From a virus, in UHGV virus genome UHGV-1341913: a stretch of 27,453 bases of DNA; one strand, written 5' to 3'. A model generated the notes under the pieces. The model was given only the letters and a program-made list of their open reading frames with translations. It ran no database searches and was not told where the DNA came from. Positions within the stretch are counted from its first letter, which is position 1. Every line of letters begins with the position of its first letter. This document shows, in pieces, positions 1-6,604 of the stretch. A program made the translations under genes and the position numbers.

Positions 1-62
1 GAAAAATGTTATTAGTATTAAACGTGAAATTGATGACCGCTGGTATAAAGCTGTTGATGTAA
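1..62 (+). CDS. 3' end of an upstream ORF (partial; cd.4-like by position)
   Basis: Frame open from window start to TAA at 60..62, which overlaps the ATG of the next ORF (TAATG). Too short to identify. Confidence 0.3.
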   Translation, partial: KMLLVLNVKLMTAGIKLLM

Positions 63-391
63 TGGGCGAATCTTATAAAGTTAGTCCGTTATTTTCAATT
101 GCTTATATGTTAGAATATTCTTTTTTCGAAGAAGTTCAAAAAGATGATTCTGCCAGTAAATTTGAAATTAAAACTGATAAAGAAATTAAGTGGAAAGTAG
201 TAGGTATTACTGGTAGTTGCATGTTTTATATCTATGCTCAAACTGATACGAAGGAAGAAGCTAAAAAGAAAGCTCTAGAATATCTTGAAGAGTATGAAGA
301 AGGCCCGGTAATGATTACACAAGATGCTGAATTAGTTTCTGTTAAATTAGTTAAAAACGTTGAAAGTAAGGAGCTGGGATCAACATGCTAA
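62..391 (+). CDS. small early hypothetical protein (cd.3 position in T4 order)
   Basis: 109-aa ORF with ATG start, tightly packed with neighbours. Positional assignment only. Confidence 0.55.
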   Translation: MGESYKVSPLFSIAYMLEYSFFEEVQKDDSASKFEIKTDKEIKWKVVGITGSCMFYIYAQTDTKEEAKKKALEYLEEYEEGPVMITQDAELVSVKLVKNVESKELGSTC

Positions 392-621
392 GTGAAAAAC
401 CAATTACTGTTAAAGAATTCCAAGAAAAAGTTAAACTATTTGCTCAGGAATTGGTAAATAAGGTTTCTGAACGATTTCCAGAAACATCGGTTCGCGTTAT
501 TACCGAAACTCCTCGTTCAGTATTAGTAATTGTGAATCCAGGTGATGGTGACCAAATAACACATCTCAAATTGGATTTTGATGGATTAGTTGAAGCACAA
601 AGGGTGTATGGCGTACTATGA
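385..621 (+). CDS. small early hypothetical protein (cd.2 position)
   Basis: 78-aa ORF, start overlaps end of upstream ORF. Positional assignment. Confidence 0.55.
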   Translation: MLSEKPITVKEFQEKVKLFAQELVNKVSERFPETSVRVITETPRSVLVIVNPGDGDQITHLKLDFDGLVEAQRVYGVL

Positions 622-956
622 TGAATTTAACTGATATAATTGATAATTGTCTTGAAAATGATACTGGCGATCATAGAGCGCTTGACTCTGAAACCGCACA
701 GTTCATTAGAATAACTTTAATGAATGACACTCTAGTGAATAGTATTCATCCTTCTGTGTATGATGCTATTATTGTGACGAAGTATCCGGTTGAGCTTCAC
801 AAAAAGATTGTTGGCGCAATTTTTATTGATAAGAAAAACCGCTTTAAAGATGGGCAGAATATAATTAGTTCTGTTATTAAAAGTATAACTAAACTTCGTC
901 ACGAAATTTATCGTGTTGAAACTGCTAAATCTGCTTATCTGGTGATTATGAAATGA
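618..956 (+). CDS. small early hypothetical protein (cd.1 position)
   Basis: 112-aa ORF, ATGA overlap with upstream ORF and ATGAAATGA-type overlap with cd. Positional assignment. Confidence 0.55.
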   Translation: MMNLTDIIDNCLENDTGDHRALDSETAQFIRITLMNDTLVNSIHPSVYDAIIVTKYPVELHKKIVGAIFIDKKNRFKDGQNIISSVIKSITKLRHEIYRVETAKSAYLVIMK

Positions 957-1534
957 AAGCGAGTACAGTACTTCAAATTGCATATTTAGTATCGCAAGAA
1001 TCAAAATGTTGCTCCTGGAAGGTAGGAGCAGTAATTGAAAAGAATGGACGTATTATTTCTACCGGATATAATGGTTCACCTGCCGGGGGTGTGAACTGTT
1101 GTGATTATGCTGCTGAGCAAGGTTGGTTGTTGAATAAGCCTAAACATACTATCATTCAAGGTCATAAGCCTGAATGTGTATCATTTGGTTCAACTGATCG
1201 TTTTGTCTTGGCGAAAGAACACCGTAGCGCTCACTCTGAATGGTCGTCTAAAAATGAAATTCATGCTGAACTAAATGCGATTTTGTTTGCTGCACGAAAC
1301 GGTTCTTCAATTGAAGGTGCTACTATGTATGTAACACTTTCTCCTTGCCCAGATTGCGCAAAAACGATAGCTCAATCTGGTATTAAAAAGCTGGTTTATT
1401 GTGAAACATACGATAAAAATAAACCTGGCTGGGATGATATTCTGCGAAATGCAGGTATTGAAGTGTTTAATGTTCCTAAGAAAAACTTGAATAAGTTAAA
1501 CTGGGAAAACATCAACGAATTCTGTGGTGAATAA
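953..1534 (+). CDS. cd: dCMP deaminase
   Basis: 193-aa ORF with the zinc-dependent deaminase signature H-x-E (IHAELNAI) and P-C-x-x-C (SPCPDCA). Length and sequence match T4 Cd as I recall it. Confidence 0.92.
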   Translation: MKASTVLQIAYLVSQESKCCSWKVGAVIEKNGRIISTGYNGSPAGGVNCCDYAAEQGWLLNKPKHTIIQGHKPECVSFGSTDRFVLAKEHRSAHSEWSSKNEIHAELNAILFAARNGSSIEGATMYVTLSPCPDCAKTIAQSGIKKLVYCETYDKNKPGWDDILRNAGIEVFNVPKKNLNKLNWENINEFCGE

Positions 1535-1770
1535 TGAAATTTCGTTTAGTACAGCTCACAGCAATTAGTTCTTATTCTAACGAGAACATTTCATTTGCTG
1601 TAGAGTATAAGAAGTATTTTTTCTCTAAATGGAAACAGTATTATAAAACTGATTGGACTAGTATTGATAGGCCGTATAGTTGGAAATCTGATTTAGAAAA
1701 ATGCCAAAAATTGCTTTCCACTCTTAAAGAACGTGGAACAACCCATATTAAAACTGTAATAGGTAAATAA
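1534..1770 (+). CDS. hypothetical protein (31.2 position)
   Basis: 78-aa ORF immediately after cd (TAATG overlap). Positional assignment. Confidence 0.55.
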   Translation: MKFRLVQLTAISSYSNENISFAVEYKKYFFSKWKQYYKTDWTSIDRPYSWKSDLEKCQKLLSTLKERGTTHIKTVIGK

Positions 1771-2079
1771 ATGAAACTGACAACTGAACAAAAAGTAGCA
1801 ATTCGTGAAATTTTGAAAACTAAATTGTCCATGGGGGTTTCAAACATAGTTTTTGAAAAGTCTGATGGTACTATTCGTACTATGAAAGGTACTCGTGATG
1901 CCGATTTTATGCCAACCATGCAAACCGGTAAATTGACTGAATCTACTCGGAAAGAATCTACTGATATGGTTCCAGTATTTGATGTTGAGCTTGGTGCATG
2001 GCGAGGTTTTTCTATTGATAAATTAATTTCCGTTAATGGTATGAAAGTTGAGCATTTGCTTCAATTTATTGGTAAATAA
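1771..2079 (+). CDS. hypothetical protein (31.1 position)
   Basis: 102-aa ORF starting 1 nt after the upstream stop. Confidence 0.55.
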   Translation: MKLTTEQKVAIREILKTKLSMGVSNIVFEKSDGTIRTMKGTRDADFMPTMQTGKLTESTRKESTDMVPVFDVELGAWRGFSIDKLISVNGMKVEHLLQFIGK

Positions 2080-2135
2080 ATGCTTTAAGAATTATTTGTT
2101 ATTATTAATTCATCTGTTAACAAAAAGGAAAAACG

Positions 2136-2471
2136 ATGTCTGAAGTACAACAGCTACCAATTCGTGCTGTCGGTGAATATGTTATTTTAGTTTCTGAACC
2201 TGCACAAGCCGGTGATGAAGAAGTTACAGAATCAGGACTTATTATCGGTAAACGTGTTCAAGGTGAAGTTCCTGAACTGTGTGTAGTTCACTCCGTTGGT
2301 CCTGATGTTCCTGAAGGTTTCTGCGAAGTTGGTGATTTGACTTCTCTTCCAGTTGGTCAAATTCGAAACGTTCCGCATCCTTTTGTAGCTCTGGGTCTTA
2401 AGCAGCCAAAAGAAATTAAACAAAAATTTGTTACCTGTCACTATAAAGCTATTCCATGTCTTTATAAGTGA
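2136..2471 (+). CDS. 31: co-chaperonin for GroEL (GroES-like), head assembly
   Basis: 111-aa [25 protein letters not shown]..., recognised as T4 gp31. Purine-rich RBS (aaaaaggaaaaacg) precedes the ATG. Confidence 0.92.
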
Positions 2472-2479
2472 TATAAATA
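2472..2479 (+). promoter_or_regulatory. T4-type late promoter core TATAAATA
   Basis: Exact TATAAATA immediately after the gene 31 stop codon, about 140 nt upstream of rIII. Confidence 0.45.
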
Positions 2480-2618
2480 ATAATATGAATTGGGTGTCGG
2501 AATAATAAGTTAACCGAACAATTCTACGTGGTAGTCTACAACTGAGAGATCTGTCGAAAGAAGATGAAATTCAGAAGAACGTGACTACCGAGTTTTAATC
2601 TCTAACGAGAATTTTTAA

Positions 2619-2867
2619 ATGATTAAACAATTACAACACGCTCTTGAACTGCAACGAAACGCATGGAATAATGGTCACGAAAACTATGGCGCATCTATTG
2701 ATGTTGAAGCCGAAGCTCTTGAAATCCTGCGTTATTTCAAACATCTGAATCCTGCTCAAACTGCATTAGCTGCTGAGCTTCAGGAAAAAGATGAACTTAA
2801 ATATGCTAAGCCACTGGCTTCTGCTGCACGAAAAGCAGTTCGTCATTTTGTGGTAACACTGAAGTAA
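2619..2867 (+). CDS. rIII: rIII lysis-inhibition accessory protein
   Basis: 82-aa ORF at the position of rIII between gene 31 and the 30.x cluster. Length matches T4 RIII. Confidence 0.85.
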   Translation: MIKQLQHALELQRNAWNNGHENYGASIDVEAEALEILRYFKHLNPAQTALAAELQEKDELKYAKPLASAARKAVRHFVVTLK

Positions 2868-2928
2868 TTTATTGGAGATTCACTGCCTTAGTGTGAGCTA
2901 AAATCGAGGAGCCGTCGAACTGTCTGAT

Positions 2929-2956
2929 TAATGATTTGCGAATCATTATAGTTTTT
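2929..2956 (+). terminator. possible intrinsic terminator after rIII (AT-rich hairpin plus T-run)
   Basis: Perfect 8-bp stem TAATGATT / AATCATTA with loop TGCG (2929..2948), followed by TTTTT at 2952..2956. The stem is AT-rich, so stability is modest. Confidence 0.3.
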
Positions 2957-3266
2957 AAGACCCCGGCAGTTTTACGGTGTACCTCTTGAATGTTATTCTT
3001 ATAGCGGCAAGTGCATGCTACCCCGAGGTGATGGCCAATCGGGAGTACGCCTCAAGGCCTATATATCCATCAGTATATATCTTATCCTCGAGAAATCGAA
3101 CCCGGAACCTTTAAGCTAACGGTGTGCAACAGATAAGAGCTATAAGGTATGTTGACGAGGTTTATGGTTATCCTGTCGGTAAATATTCAAAACCTAAGTA
3201 CCCCCTTGAGGGCTTTCGCAGGCAATGCCAATAAGTCCTGCATTTTCATTTAAAAGAGAATTTATA

Positions 3267-3443
3267 ATGGCAAAACAAGCTAAAGCAAAGAAAGCAGTTG
3301 AAAAGAAAGTTGGTGATTCTAAACGCGCTGGCTACAAGCGTGGGTCGAACTCTCGTATCAATCAAACTGTTGAGAAGATCATGCGCCGAGCACGTGCGGT
3401 TCTTCGAGATGATGCTTCTCGTTTTGGTAAGCAGAAAGCATAA
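3267..3443 (+). CDS. small basic hypothetical protein (30.9 position)
   Basis: ORF track begins at ATG 3225, but that start has no RBS. The in-frame ATG at 3267 is preceded by aaaagagaa and gives a 58-aa lysine/arginine-rich protein (MAKQAKAKKAVEKK...). Confidence 0.6.
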   Translation: MAKQAKAKKAVEKKVGDSKRAGYKRGSNSRINQTVEKIMRRARAVLRDDASRFGKQKA

Positions 3444-3446
3444 GTT

Positions 3447-3473
3447 GAGGACTCCTTCGGGAGTCCTTTTTTA
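3447..3473 (+). terminator. rho-independent terminator (UUCG-loop hairpin plus T-run)
   Basis: GGACTCC-TTCG-GGAGTCC stem-loop directly followed by TTTTTT, just after the 30.9 stop. Confidence 0.7.
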
Positions 3474-3496
3474 TTTTCCAAAGATTGAATAAAGTT

Positions 3497-3526
3497 GTTT
3501 ACAGTATGATTCCTTTGTGATAGTAT
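3497..3526 (+). promoter_or_regulatory. T4 early-type promoter (GTTTAC -35, TAGTAT -10)
   Basis: GTTTAC at 3497..3502, 18-nt spacer, TAGTAT at 3521..3526, upstream of the 3554 ORF. Confidence 0.5.
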
Positions 3527-3553
3527 TATCTTACACAAACAAAGGAGAATAAA

Positions 3554-3886
3554 ATGAAAACGATTAATCTGAACGCTGCAGTTAAAACTAAATGCTTCAA
3601 TGGTAAATATGATGAAACTATGTGGTTCTTAATGGCAGTTGAAGGTGATATCATTGAAGTAGAAACAACAGAAGGTATGGGAACAGATTTCACCTTTACA
3701 ATTCAAGTTCATAATTTCTTTACTGGTTGGATTTATGAATTGAATACAATAATCGTTGGAAAAATTGAACAAAATGAATTAGGTGAATGGTATTATGTTA
3801 CAGCTCGCCAACGTGCCGAACGCTTAATTGAGAAGATGAAAAAAGTTGGTAAACTTGACATGCAGCATTGGAAAGTAGTAAAATAA
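3554..3886 (+). CDS. hypothetical early protein (30.8 position)
   Basis: 110-aa ORF with RBS aaaggaga before the ATG. Confidence 0.6.
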   Translation: MKTINLNAAVKTKCFNGKYDETMWFLMAVEGDIIEVETTEGMGTDFTFTIQVHNFFTGWIYELNTIIVGKIEQNELGEWYYVTARQRAERLIEKMKKVGKLDMQHWKVVK

Positions 3887-3888
3887 TT

Positions 3889-3917
3889 GTTTACTTTGGT
3901 ACAGGATATGATATTAT
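3889..3917 (+). promoter_or_regulatory. T4 early-type promoter (GTTTAC -35, TATTAT -10)
   Basis: GTTTAC at 3889..3894, 17-nt spacer, TATTAT at 3912..3917. An 8-bp inverted repeat GGTACAGG / CCTGTACC (3898..3905 and 3921..3928) brackets the -10 element. Confidence 0.55.
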
Positions 3918-3941
3918 ATACCTGTACCGCAATTAAACATC

Positions 3942-4319
3942 TTGGAGAATAAAATGAACTACATTAACTTTGAACGTAAATATGTTTCTAACGGTATTGC
4001 AGGTTCTATTGATACTATCTGCCTTTGGAAACATCAAAATGGATCAGTATGCGAAATTGAACAGTATATGACTCCTAACTACGTTTATATGCGATTTGAA
4101 AATGGCATCACGGTTTCAATCACGAAAGAAGGTTCTTCTTTTAAAATCGCTCTGGATGATGATTTCCGTCAACGTGATTTAGGGACTCATCCTTGCTGGA
4201 ATGGCGTCAATCGTAAACTTCTGGTTAAAACTTGGATTCGTCATATTCTGAGTAACAGAGCTAAACCTGAGCATCTTGAAGCAATCTTTGATGTAGTTCT
4301 TAACGAATTTGATATTTAA
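3942..4319 (+). CDS. hypothetical early protein (30.7 position)
   Basis: 125-aa ORF with RBS ggaga. Confidence 0.6.
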   Translation: MENKMNYINFERKYVSNGIAGSIDTICLWKHQNGSVCEIEQYMTPNYVYMRFENGITVSITKEGSSFKIALDDDFRQRDLGTHPCWNGVNRKLLVKTWIRHILSNRAKPEHLEAIFDVVLNEFDI

Positions 4320-4327
4320 AATAAAAT

Positions 4328-4345
4328 GAGGGGCTTCGGCCCCTT
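4328..4345 (+). other. stable UUCG-tetraloop RNA hairpin (no T-run)
   Basis: AGGGGC-TTCG-GCCCCT between 30.7 and 30.6. It is not followed by a U-tract, so it is more likely an mRNA-stabilising or processing hairpin than a terminator. Confidence 0.5.
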
Positions 4346-4360
4346 ACTGAGGAAAATACT

Positions 4361-4648
4361 ATGTTTATGACTACTTATTTTGATACCCGCAAAAATTTCT
4401 GTGAAGTGGTTTTCTCTAAGGCGCCTAAAGATCTTCCTGCTCATTTGCAACCTACCAGCGAATCGATTAAAAACTACGTTAATGTAGTATGTCCTTTAGA
4501 GTTCCGTACTGTAAATGGGCGCGATACTTTAGCTATCACTAAACTCAATCGTGAAATTGACATTGACCCTTCAATTGCGTGTGAAATTAACATTTCTGAT
4601 ATTGGCGGCGGTAATGTTAAATCGCACGGTTTTCAGATGAGGTTCTAA
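4361..4648 (+). CDS. hypothetical early protein (30.6 position)
   Basis: 95-aa ORF with RBS gagg. Confidence 0.6.
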   Translation: MFMTTYFDTRKNFCEVVFSKAPKDLPAHLQPTSESIKNYVNVVCPLEFRTVNGRDTLAITKLNREIDIDPSIACEINISDIGGGNVKSHGFQMRF

Positions 4649-4845
4649 TGAAATTCTTTTTAGGTCAAACTGTTGAATTAAAGGGAGTTGGTATACCTGG
4701 ATTAATTTCTAAGGTTCTACCTCCATTTAAATGGAGTGGTATTCAAATAAAAGAGGCTTATATTGTTTCCTGGGTAGATGGAAATGAAGACCTTCGTATG
4801 GGCGATGAATTATCTCCTATTTACGGATTAAAGGAATTAGTATGA
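4648..4845 (+). CDS. hypothetical early protein (30.5 position)
   Basis: 65-aa ORF, start overlaps upstream stop (TAATG). Confidence 0.5.
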   Translation: MKFFLGQTVELKGVGIPGLISKVLPPFKWSGIQIKEAYIVSWVDGNEDLRMGDELSPIYGLKELV

Positions 4846-5048
4846 ATATAATTAATAAGATTTTTGGAATTCAGTATATTAAGGTCACATATAAAGTAAC
4901 AGATAAAAATCCATATACTGATGAACATGAAGAACCACAAGTTGAGTCTATTATATTAGAAAAGGACCCTAACTGGCCAGTTGAATTTCGTCTTCCTTGC
5001 TATGGTCATTGGGCTGATGTTGAAATTATAAGTATTGAAAATGTCTGA
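4842..5048 (+). CDS. hypothetical early protein (30.4 position)
   Basis: 68-aa ORF with ATGA overlap to the upstream ORF. Confidence 0.5.
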   Translation: MNIINKIFGIQYIKVTYKVTDKNPYTDEHEEPQVESIILEKDPNWPVEFRLPCYGHWADVEIISIENV

Positions 5049-5499
5049 GCTAGAGATAAGAAGCAATTTTAAATGGCCATCATGCGCATTAAGTAATTTC
5101 GCCCAATGGCCTTTCGTTATGGATGGTATTCAATTTGGAGGTCTCGAAGGATTCCTCCAAGGATGCAAGGTGAAAAATGTTGAACAGCAACGTCGTATAT
5201 TTGGGTTATCCGGGCTTGCCGCCCAACAAGCTGGAAGGTCTTGTGCTAGAGCTCAGGACCGTGGGACCCTCTTTTGGCTTGGAGTTCCGTTTTCAAGATA
5301 CTCACCGGCGTGGAAAGAATTATACACAAATGCATATTTTGAAGCAGCGTTCCAAAACAAGGGCTTTCGTGATGCATTACAAGCCTCGAAAGGAAAAGTT
5401 TTGAAGCACAGCATGGCTAGTGGTCTAACAAAAGATGATACAATACTAACCGAAGCTGAATTTATTGATGTGTTAAACCTATTAAGAGACTCTCTATGA
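5035..5499 (+). CDS. NADAR / YbiA-like (DUF1768) domain protein (30.3 position)
   Basis: 154-aa ORF. The segment LSNFAQWPFVMDGIQF...EGFLQ resembles the FSNFAAWPIKVDG...EHYFQ core of E. coli YbiA (NADAR family). The central part of the gene is conspicuously GC-rich (62 of 120 nt G+C over 5161..5280 by hand count). Confidence 0.6.
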   Translation: MKMSELEIRSNFKWPSCALSNFAQWPFVMDGIQFGGLEGFLQGCKVKNVEQQRRIFGLSGLAAQQAGRSCARAQDRGTLFWLGVPFSRYSPAWKELYTNAYFEAAFQNKGFRDALQASKGKVLKHSMASGLTKDDTILTEAEFIDVLNLLRDSL

Positions 5500-6335
5500 A
5501 GCCAACTATTTTGACTGATATTGATGGAGTATGTTTAAGCTGGCAATCAGGACTTCCTTATTTTGCTCAGAAATATAATCTTCCGTTAGAACATATTTTA
5601 AAAATGATCCAAGATGAGAAATTTATTTCTCCAGGTAAACTCTTTAATTGTGATGAAGAACTTGGCGTCAAGTTAATTGAAAAATACAATCGATCAGATT
5701 TTATTCGTTACTTGTCTCCATATAAAGATGCCCTGTGTGTAATTAACAAATTAAAAGAAGATTATAATTTTGTAGCTGTTACAGCATTAGGTGATTCTAT
5801 TGACGCTCTGTTGAATCGTCAATTTAATTTGAATGCTCTTTTTCCTGGTGCCTTCTCAGAAGTAATGATGTGTGGTCATGATTCTTCAAAAGAAGAGCTG
5901 TTCAAAAAGGCAAAAGAGAAGTATAACGTAATTTGTTATATTGACGATCTTGCTCACCACTGCGACCACGCGAGTGAAATATTAAATGTTCCGGTTTATT
6001 GGATGGCTCGAGGAGAGCGTGACAATATTCCAAAAACTGCGCAGCGAGTTTATACATGGAATGATGTAGAAAATAAGCTTTTTTCGCCGAAGGAAAATAA
6101 AGAAAGTTTTGATAGTGAAAAAGCTATAAAAGATTTAATTGAGAAGATGGTTAAAAACGATTCTTTTCCTTGGAACACTACCTGGAGAACGCCTGGATTT
6201 AATCCTTATAATCATCTATATCATCCATATCAGACACATCCGTTTCAGACATGGAACTACATTAAACCTGGTGGCATAGAGTATTTGTATAATAGACCTA
6301 CTAGCGGTGATAATATTTTCCAAGGAGCATTCTAA
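5496..6335 (+). CDS. HAD-like hydrolase domain protein (30.2 position); putative phosphatase or nucleotidase
   Basis: 279-aa ORF. N-terminus TILTDIDGVCL fits HAD motif I (hhhhDxDx[T/V]), and a later YIDDLAHH fits the acidic motif IV. Functional call is an inference from motifs only. Confidence 0.5.
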   Translation: MKPTILTDIDGVCLSWQSGLPYFAQKYNLPLEHILKMIQDEKFISPGKLFNCDEELGVKLIEKYNRSDFIRYLSPYKDALCVINKLKEDYNFVAVTALGDSIDALLNRQFNLNALFPGAFSEVMMCGHDSSKEELFKKAKEKYNVICYIDDLAHHCDHASEILNVPVYWMARGERDNIPKTAQRVYTWNDVENKLFSPKENKESFDSEKAIKDLIEKMVKNDSFPWNTTWRTPGFNPYNHLYHPYQTHPFQTWNYIKPGGIEYLYNRPTSGDNIFQGAF

Positions 6336-6604
6336 TGTTTGTTGTTCACACTATTTATGAAAATGAAGGTAATACTACACGTGATTATGGTCACGTAAAT
6401 CAATTTTTTAGATGCAATCCAGAATTCCGAGCTCAAAAAGACGAACGAATTTTTAAAAAATGTGTAGAGCAAGGTTTCATTTACGTTAAGCACTGGATGC
6501 AAGGAAATAAAGTTAGAACTACATATCATAGGTCTTTGCCTGAGCTTAATGATGAATTGATTTATAATAGAGCTGTAAACCAAACCTTGAAGGATGAGCA
6601 ATGA
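6335..6604 (+). CDS. hypothetical early protein (30.1 position)
   Basis: 89-aa ORF, start overlaps the upstream stop. Confidence 0.5.
   Translation: MFVVHTIYENEGNTTRDYGHVNQFFRCNPEFRAQKDERIFKKCVEQGFIYVKHWMQGNKVRTTYHRSLPELNDELIYNRAVNQTLKDEQ

Noticed and set aside
732-1004. Antisense and alternative-frame ORFs from the six-frame track lying inside annotated genes (732..1004 -, 1641..1919 -, 2232..2441 -, 3298..3492 +, 5177..5404 +, 6332..6601 -, 8588..8800 +, 8797..9012 -, 11744..11971 +, 14690..14908 +, 14886..15194 +, 16659..16889 +, 17292..17486 +, 20690..20947 -, 22935..23228 -, 23158..23511 -, 24646..24966 -, 27039..27233 +)
   Set aside because: Each is fully embedded in a longer, recognisable gene on the same or opposite strand, lacks an RBS, and has low-complexity or AT-codon-biased translations. 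They are treated as chance ORFs.
3013-3093. Cluster of 6-bp palindromic restriction sites (GCATGC, AGGCCT, CTCGAG) as a hint of cloning-vector or synthetic DNA
   Set aside because: Such palindromes are expected by chance in a GC-balanced 80-bp stretch, and there is no vector backbone, polylinker order or adapter sequence.
3015-3119. 34-codon ORF in the non-coding island
   Set aside because: No Shine-Dalgarno sequence upstream, a GC-rich chance reading frame, and no resemblance to the neighbouring small early proteins.
3080-3138. Possible tRNA or tRNA-like gene in the rIII-30.9 island, suggested by a minus-strand GGGTTCGAT T-loop-like motif
   Set aside because: I could not fold a cloverleaf: the bases flanking the putative T-loop are not complementary, and the 7-bp inverted repeat encloses only 45 nt. 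At most it is a degenerate remnant, so it is kept as a finding rather than an RNA gene.
3152-3186. Sigma70-like TTGACG -35 box that could drive 30.9
   Set aside because: The nearest -10-like hexamer (TAAATA) is 22 nt away, which is too long for a functional spacer, and no alternative -10 exists at 16-18 nt.
3225-3266. Longer 72-aa version of the 30.9 ORF starting at ATG 3225
   Set aside because: No RBS before 3225, whereas the in-frame ATG at 3267 has aaaagagaa upstream. The extension would also run into the non-coding island.
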